Shown: one piece after another, positions 58,519-64,000 of the stretch
Layout of the letters: every line of letters begins with the position of its first letter
Numbering within the stretch: position 1 is the first letter of the stretch
DNA from: an uncultured Actinomycetota bacterium
GTDB lineage: Bacteria; Actinomycetota; Actinomycetes; Mycobacteriales; Micromonosporaceae
DNA: 64,000 bases
Direction: 5' to 3'
Assembly: GCA_963803345.1 (NCBI GenBank)
Contig: CAWDLX010000013.1
Span: forward strand, 133,804-197,803
Notes under the pieces: generated by a model
What the model saw: the letters and a program-made list of their open reading frames with translations, nothing else
Told to the model about the DNA's origin: nothing
Database searches by the model: none
Position numbers and translations under genes: made by a program

Positions 58519-61100
58519 CTAACTGGTGGCTCGTATGCGTTCGCGTGCCTGAACACGCAGCGCTTGTCTGACCTCCGTGTGGACGTCGACGCGTGCGGTG
58601 GCGGCCAGCTCGAGCGAGACCGCGATGCCGTACCGAACAGGCGGCGAGGCCGTTCTGGCTTCGCGAATGCCTGCGTCGATGTCGATGCGAAGCGCTTGCC
58701 CATTGGTGAAGGCGACTGCCGCGCTTCCTTCGAGAACTTCGTGCTGCACCGTGCCTCTTGTCACAATGTGATGATCGGCCTGGGTCCGTCGCACTCCGAT
58801 CTCCTGCTGCGGCGGCTGAAACTTGAGCACCGCCAAACGGTGGCGCTGCGTGCGGGTGTTGACGGGCGACAGCCACGCCAGCGTGATCGTCATTCGCCTC
58901 CACTCGGTCGTTGTGGAGAGGCTTGGTGGAAGCGGGAAAGCAAGTGTGTGGCGCTCGTGATCGCGAATGGACCCGGCGCCAATGAGCACGGCACGGGTCC
59001 GGCTCGCTGCAGCCACTCGGTCTCGATCGAGGGCGCCGTATCCGACGAGCTGCGTGACGTCGCGCCTCAACGTCGCGTTCGCCAAGCCGAGCGCGTCTGC
59101 GAGCCAGGGCCTCATCTCGCCCCACGAGGCGGCGTGCACTAGGAGCGCCTTGGCTAGGACCGGGTGATACTGCGGGTCCGGGAACCGGAACTCGCCTTCC
59201 TCCGATTCGGTCGTCTCCAGCACGTCAAGGACTTGGTTGGTGATCCGTGTCGCGAGCGCGGCTGCGTTGCTAGTGCCGTGGGTGAACGCGGTCGCCTGAA
59301 GGTCCCCGTGGTGGCCTGGCGCTGCGACACGTAGACCTGGACCGAGCGCCGCTGTCGAAGCTGGCAAGAGCGCCACGTGGCTGCCCGTGGTCTGGGGCGG
59401 CCGTTGAAACAGCTGTCGGCCGCCCGGGAGCAGGATCTCGGGTTTGACCGCTCGCCGGTAGCCGAACCCGACCGCGCTGTACAGCGCGGGCATGCCTGCC
59501 TGACCTGCGTCCAAGATTGAGTCAGAGACCGTCGCGTCCGCGTCGTCGTCATGGAGGGCGCCGACGGTCACGACGTTGACGGCTTCGGCGGGCGAAAACA
59601 GCCGCCGCTGACGAGCACGGGAATGGATGTCCGCGGCAACGATCTTGCGGAGAGTTGTCTCGTCGTGAACGACGTGCGCCGGGAACAGTGGCGGCCACTG
59701 GATGGTTGCCCGCGCTTACCAGGACGACCAGGTTGTAGCGGTGGGCAAGCCAGTCGAGAAGCTTGGCTAAGGGGCTCATGCGGCGGGCGAAGGTTCTGGC
59801 CGGATCCCCGATCGACAGGTTGACTACACGCACGCTCGGTGCGGCCGGCGGCTGCTGGCCGTCGCCCTCGAAGATGCGGCGGAAGGCTCGGTGAACCAGG
59901 TCCACGAGCAGCTCGTTGCGGACCGTCGTCTCCTCCTGGGGGTTGGCCGGATGCGGCTCCAGGATCGGCCGAACATATAGCCGGGTGGATAGCGGAAGCC
60001 CTTGCGAACCGAGGTCACCGTGGCAGATAAGGGAGGCCATCGCTGTCCCGTGCTGGCGCTGCGCGGCTGTGTACCGGCTCGCGTAGTCATCGGGGTCGTC
60101 GATGACAAGTCGGTCCGCAAGTTGGGCGTGGTTGGCGAGCGGTAAGCCGTCTAAGAGCGCAACACGCGGCGCCGCAATCTGAGGAAGGGGTGCCGTTTCA
60201 GCCGGACCCGCCTCCGATACATCGAGCGCGGGGATAGCCATCGGGCGTGCAGGTGATACGAACATGATCGTCTCCGCGGTGAGGAGCTCGATCGCGTCCG
60301 GGCCAGCTTCGAGTACCGCTTCGACTTGCGCGTAGGGAAGATCCGCAAGAACGGCGTGGTAGCCGATCTCGGCAAGTGTTGCGGTGTTGATCACCGTGCC
60401 TCCGCCGTCGGCTACCAGTCGTTCGACCTCACCCTGAGCGGCCTGTCGACTAGCGATGTCCGATCGGTACCACAGCTCGATCTCAACGCGCGTTGACCCT
60501 GACTGTCCGACGACGGCCTTGTCTTCCTCCCATCTTTCCAGGAGCCCTGTCTCGCGAACCCGGTCCTGGGGTCCCCACCGTCGGATGTCACGCAGGAGCC
60601 CGAACACCGTCTTCAACGAGGCGAGGCCATAGGCGAAGGTGACGTTCGGGTTCGGTCTGCCATCCATCGAACAGTCGGATGAGCTCGGTGACGGCCCGGG
60701 CGTTCGTCATGACCATGTAGAGGGTTTCCGGCACCGGCTTGTCGGCGGGCTGGCCATCTTCGACGTAGTGGAAGTCGTCGTCAGGGTCCGCCTCGTCCTC
60801 CTCTAACTCAGCCAGAAACTCCATGCCTGGAACGCGGCGAACAGCGCCAAGAAACTGCTCAACCGTTCCCACGAGGTCAAAGACGACCACCAACTCCGGA
60901 TCTGGTTCGGTGGTTTCGGTTGCCAGTCGGGCGCGTTCCGCAGCCAGCGCGTCCCGGAGGGCCCGGAACTGGGGGGACAGGCGCTGCCCCTGCCTGGACG
61001 GACTTGGACGGCGCGGTTGCGGTACCGGCCGCTGCGGCCCCGGGGGCGTCTGCTGGACCGTCGGCGCGCCGAAGGCCAGCAATTGGCGCAACTCGGTCAT
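58519..61100 (-). pseudogene. S8 family (subtilisin-like) serine peptidase, IetS-like; two frame slips
   Basis: Three reverse ORFs join. ORF 60588-61121: MTELRQLLAFG...ELVVVFDLVGTVEQFLGAVRRVPGMEFLAE...LYMVMTNARAVTELIRLFD. ORF 59549-60667: ...VALLDGLPLANH (Asp), QHGTAMASLICHGD (His), NLVVLVSAGNH. ORF 58519-59571: ...AFTHGTSNAAALATR (Ser)...LLVHAASW...LSPVNTRTQRHRLAVLKF... Slips are near 60655 and 59700. The ATG at comp. 61098-61100 overlaps the ATPase stop (ATGA). An alternative start is 61121. Confidence 0.8.
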
Positions 61101-62071
61101 TCGTGGGCTTGCGTCCGCCATTGGTCCAGTCTGCTACGAGCGATAGCGCCAAGGTCGGCATCTGGCAGCGTCAACACGTAGCGTCGTCTTACGTCTTGAG
61201 CGAACTCTTCCAACTCCCCGTAGCTCGCGCCCGCGAGTCGGTCCGCCAACGTACGAGGTGCGAGCCCCAGGCCACCGCCGAGCCGAGTGCCCAGCCGTTC
61301 GAAGAACTCGGCTGCCTGGGCGCGCGATGGCGCATTGAGGGTCAGGCGTGCTTGGAACCGGCGCCAAGTTGCCCGGTCGAGCAGCTCGCCGTGGTTCGTC
61401 GCGCAGACGAGGATGACGTGCGAGGGAATCCTGTCGACCTGCAGCAGAAGCGTCGACACCACCCGTTTGATCTCGCCGGTCTCGTGAGTGTCGGCGCGTT
61501 CCTTCGCGATCGTGTCGAACTCGTCGAAGAACAAGACACAACGCCGGGTCCGAGCGAACTCGAAGACCCGGTCGATCCGAGCCGCGGTCTCGCCGAGAAA
61601 GCTGGACACCGTTCCCTCGTACCTGACCGTGTACAGGGGCACCATGACCTCGGCAGCGATGGCTTCTGCCAGGCTGGTCTTGCCGTTGCCGGGCGCGCCC
61701 TCCAACAGGATCCTGTTGCGCGGCTCGATGCCATGACTTCGCAGCAGGTCGACCCGGCGGTGTTCCTCAACGATCTCGGAGGCCACGGTCGCGACGGTCT
61801 TGTTGAGCTGCAGGTCGGCAAGGCGCCGGCGGGGAACGACCTCATGCAGCAGGTCCGACATCTGCCGCCTGACCTCGTCCCGAACGAGAAGATCACTTGA
61901 GCCAGACGTAGTGATCAGCTCGGCGAGACGGTCGGCTACAAGGTGGTGCTGGTTGCTCCGCTCCTCGGCGATGATCGCTTCAACCAATGAGCGAAACCGC
62001 TCACCATCGCCTCGGCGTTGGGCGTCGACCAAGTCGATGATCAGATCAGACCGGGCCACGGCTTCCTCCAC
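61097..62071 (-). CDS. AAA+ family ATPase, IetA-like
   Basis: Intact 324-aa ORF. Walker A: ILLEGAPGNGKTSLAEAIA. Walker B: CVLFFDEFDTIA. Sensor 1: LVCATNHGELLD. Also RATWRRF. It lies immediately upstream of, and is translationally coupled to, the S8 peptidase gene. Confidence 0.85.
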   Translation of the reverse strand: MEEAVARSDLIIDLVDAQRRGDGERFRSLVEAIIAEERSNQHHLVADRLAELITTSGSSDLLVRDEVRRQMSDLLHEVVPRRRLADLQLNKTVATVASEIVEEHRRVDLLRSHGIEPRNRILLEGAPGNGKTSLAEAIAAEVMVPLYTVRYEGTVSSFLGETAARIDRVFEFARTRRCVLFFDEFDTIAKERADTHETGEIKRVVSTLLLQVDRIPSHVILVCATNHGELLDRATWRRFQARLTLNAPSRAQAAEFFERLGTRLGGGLGLAPRTLADRLAGASYGELEEFAQDVRRRYVLTLPDADLGAIARSRLDQWRTQAHE

Positions 62072-62158
62072 CTGTCGACTTACCCAACTGTAAGGGCCGC
62101 GGTGCCCGGAGGTCCTGGCAAGACCTGTGAGCGACGGCCGTTAGTATATGATAGTCAT

Positions 62159-62449
62159 ATGATTCAGGCGGGACCGTCGGTGACACGCTTGTTGTGCGCG
62201 ACGGACCGTTGCTCGACGCTGGTCCACTGGCCCATCGAGGTGAATCGCAGGCTTGATCAACTTCAGGATCTCGCGACCGGTGCGGGGACCCACGTCAGCC
62301 GCGCTCAGATCCTGGCTGCACTGGTGATGGCCGCGGAAGAGAGCGGTGAGGCCGTCGCCGAACTCGTCCGCATATATCGCCTCATGGAGGCGGGCGACCT
62401 CGCCGAGCCTGCCGATGGACGCCGACCTGGCCCCCGCAAGATCCGTTAA
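62159..62449 (+). CDS. hypothetical small protein (possible ribbon-helix-helix-like regulator)
   Basis: ATG 62159 inside ORF 62018-62449: MIQAGPSVTRLLCATDRCSTLVHWPIEVNRRLDQLQDLATGAGTHVSRAQILAALVMAAEESGEAVAELVRIYRL... The strand-helix-helix pattern is only suggestive. It is divergent from the ATPase gene. Confidence 0.4.
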   Translation: MIQAGPSVTRLLCATDRCSTLVHWPIEVNRRLDQLQDLATGAGTHVSRAQILAALVMAAEESGEAVAELVRIYRLMEAGDLAEPADGRRPGPRKIR

Positions 62450-62716
62450 CACTGAAGGTCGGCGCCGTGGCCTTGCCGGTGAGGGCGTCCGGTGTTCGTG
62501 TCAAGTGAGGGTGCGGCGAGCAAAGTCCTTGCACCGGGCACGACATGGCCGAATTCGGGCGCTTAGTGGAGGCCCGGCATCAATGACAGTTCCGTCGGTG
62601 CGGCGGGTGGGGTACGTCCTGTTGGACCTCGCTAGGGTTGCGGCATGTAGCTCCGCCTGAAAGGCCGTAGGGCTAGGGCCGGGGCTTAACGCGCACCAGG
62701 AAGGACGAGCTGCCGG

Positions 62717-64000
62717 ATGCCCCGCTTGACCCTGCCGCAGCTGGAGCGGCACCTGTTCACAGCTGCCGACGTGCTCCGCGGCTCCATGGAGGCATCGGCC
62801 TATAAGGAATACATCTTCGGGATGCTGTTTCTGAAGTATGCCTCGGACCAGTTCGAGGCGGAGCAGCAGCAGGTTATCGCCGAGCAGCGCTTACGTGGCC
62901 GCAGCCAGGCTGACGCTGAGCAGCGCGCCGAGTCGCCGTCGTTCTACAAGACGTTCTACGTGCCGCAGCGGGCCCGCTGGGAACAGATCCGTGATCATCT
63001 CCATAAGACGGTCGGGAGTGGGCTGAACAAGGCGCTGGAGGAGCTGGAGCACAGTAACCGGTCGCTCGACGGGGTGCTGCAACACATCGACTTCAACCGC
63101 AAGATCGGCCAGTCGTCGATGTCCGACAAGAAGCTGCGCGAGCTGATCATGCACTTCAACAAGGTGCCCCTCCGGCAGCAGGACTTCGAGTTCCCCGACC
63201 TGCTGGGCGCTGCCTACGAATACTTGATCCGCGACTTCGCCGACTCGGCAGGGAAGAAGGGCGGGGAGTTCTACACGCCCCGCGACGTGGTCCGTCTGAT
63301 GGTGCAGATCGCCGACCCGCATCCAGGGATGAGCGTTTACGACCCATGCACCGGCTCGGGCGGCATGCTGATCCTCTCCAAGGAATACATCGAGGAGTCG
63401 GGTGGTGATGGGCGCAATCTGGCGCTCGCCGGCCAAGAGAAGGACGGCAGCGTCTGGGCCATCTCCAAGATGAACATGCTGCTCCACGGCATCCCGGACG
63501 CCGACCTCCGCAACAACGACGACGGCACGCTCGAAGACCCGGCTCACATCACCGGCGGTGAGCTGCAACGGTTCGACCGCGTGATCACCAATCCGCCGTT
63601 CTCGATGAACTACGTGGCTGACGCCATCCCGTTCCCCGAGCGCTTCCGTTACGGCTACACCCCCGACAAGGGCAAAAAGGCCGACCTTATGTTCGTCCAG
63701 CACATGCTGGCGGTGACTCGGCCGGGCGGCATGGTCACAACGGTCATGCCTCACGGCGTGCTCTTCCGCGGTGGAGACGAGGGCCGGATCCGTACCGGTT
63801 TCCTGAACGACGACCTCATCGAGGCTGTCATCGGCCTCGGGCCGCAGCTCTTCTACGGCACGGGCATCCCTGCCTGCATACTGGTGCTCCGCCCGGTCGG
63901 CTCAAAGCCCGCGGCGCGCAGGGGCAAGGTGCTGTTCATCAACGCCGACCGGGATTACCGGGAGGGCCGGGCGCAGAACTATCTGGAGCCCGAGCACATC
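62717..64000 (+). CDS. hsdM: type I restriction-modification system methyltransferase subunit HsdM (3' end outside window)
   Basis: Not in the ORF track because it is open at the window edge. ATG 62717, 428 codons in frame to base 64000: [46 protein letters not shown] (HsdM N domain), [30 protein letters not shown] (motif I), RVITNPPFS (motif IV), [10 protein letters not shown]. Confidence 0.9.
   Translation, partial: MPRLTLPQLERHLFTAADVLRGSMEASAYKEYIFGMLFLKYASDQFEAEQQQVIAEQRLRGRSQADAEQRAESPSFYKTFYVPQRARWEQIRDHLHKTVGSGLNKALEELEHSNRSLDGVLQHIDFNRKIGQSSMSDKKLRELIMHFNKVPLRQQDFEFPDLLGAAYEYLIRDFADSAGKKGGEFYTPRDVVRLMVQIADPHPGMSVYDPCTGSGGMLILSKEYIEESGGDGRNLALAGQEKDGSVWAISKMNMLLHGIPDADLRNNDDGTLEDPAHITGGELQRFDRVITNPPFSMNYVADAIPFPERFRYGYTPDKGKKADLMFVQHMLAVTRPGGMVTTVMPHGVLFRGGDEGRIRTGFLNDDLIEAVIGLGPQLFYGTGIPACILVLRPVGSKPAARRGKVLFINADRDYREGRAQNYLEPEHI

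Noticed and set aside
58564-59142. 192-aa plus-strand ORF (and 59551-59823, 60823-61146, 60920-61900) inside the island.
   Set aside because: They are antisense to the S8 peptidase and AAA ATPase genes, which carry clear catalytic motifs. No motifs are present in these ORFs.
58240-64000. Integrase, transposase or attachment-site repeat defining the island.
   Set aside because: None is visible in the window. The island call rests on the tRNA junction, the composition shift and gene content only.

Overview
This is a very GC-rich actinobacterial chromosomal segment. Gene content looks Micromonosporaceae-like (Bpa, DUF4192, DUF5926, UXS plus three tandem LCP ligases). I can support about 68 protein-coding loci, one tRNA-Ser(UGA) and several intergenic repeats. 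I saw no rRNA, CRISPR array, transposase or integrase.

Most of the window is housekeeping or accessory metabolism:
- Molybdenum cofactor genes sit in two loci: moaA-padR-moaD on the plus strand, and moaC-mog-moeA-moaE on the minus strand.
- Other recognisable genes include fdhD, pheA, serS, purC, qor, osmC, soxR, a split transketolase, a dynamin-like GTPase pair, a GGDEF/EAL protein, a GAF histidine kinase and an EndoQ-like PHP domain fused to a UvrD helicase.

Three things stand out:
1. The last ~6 kb, directly 3' of tRNA-Ser, is visibly less GC-rich. It carries an AAA-ATPase plus S8-peptidase operon (IetAS-like defence pair), a small ORF behind an AT-rich inverted repeat, and a type I restriction-modification hsdM that runs off the window. 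This is the best candidate for a defence island.
2. About half of the genes are frame-disrupted, and the disrupted genes lie in contiguous blocks alternating with fully intact blocks. This could be mosaic consensus quality or real gene decay, and it needs read-level checking. I call these loci pseudogenes with that caveat, and many of their ends are approximate.
3. A 56-nt palindromic element followed by GC-rich minisatellites occurs at two convergent gene junctions (about 46.1 kb and 53.7 kb).

Smaller observations are a 24-bp tandem repeat at 5.9 kb and a near-consensus SoxR box between soxR and the transketolase genes.

All calls come from reading the translations by eye. No database search was run.
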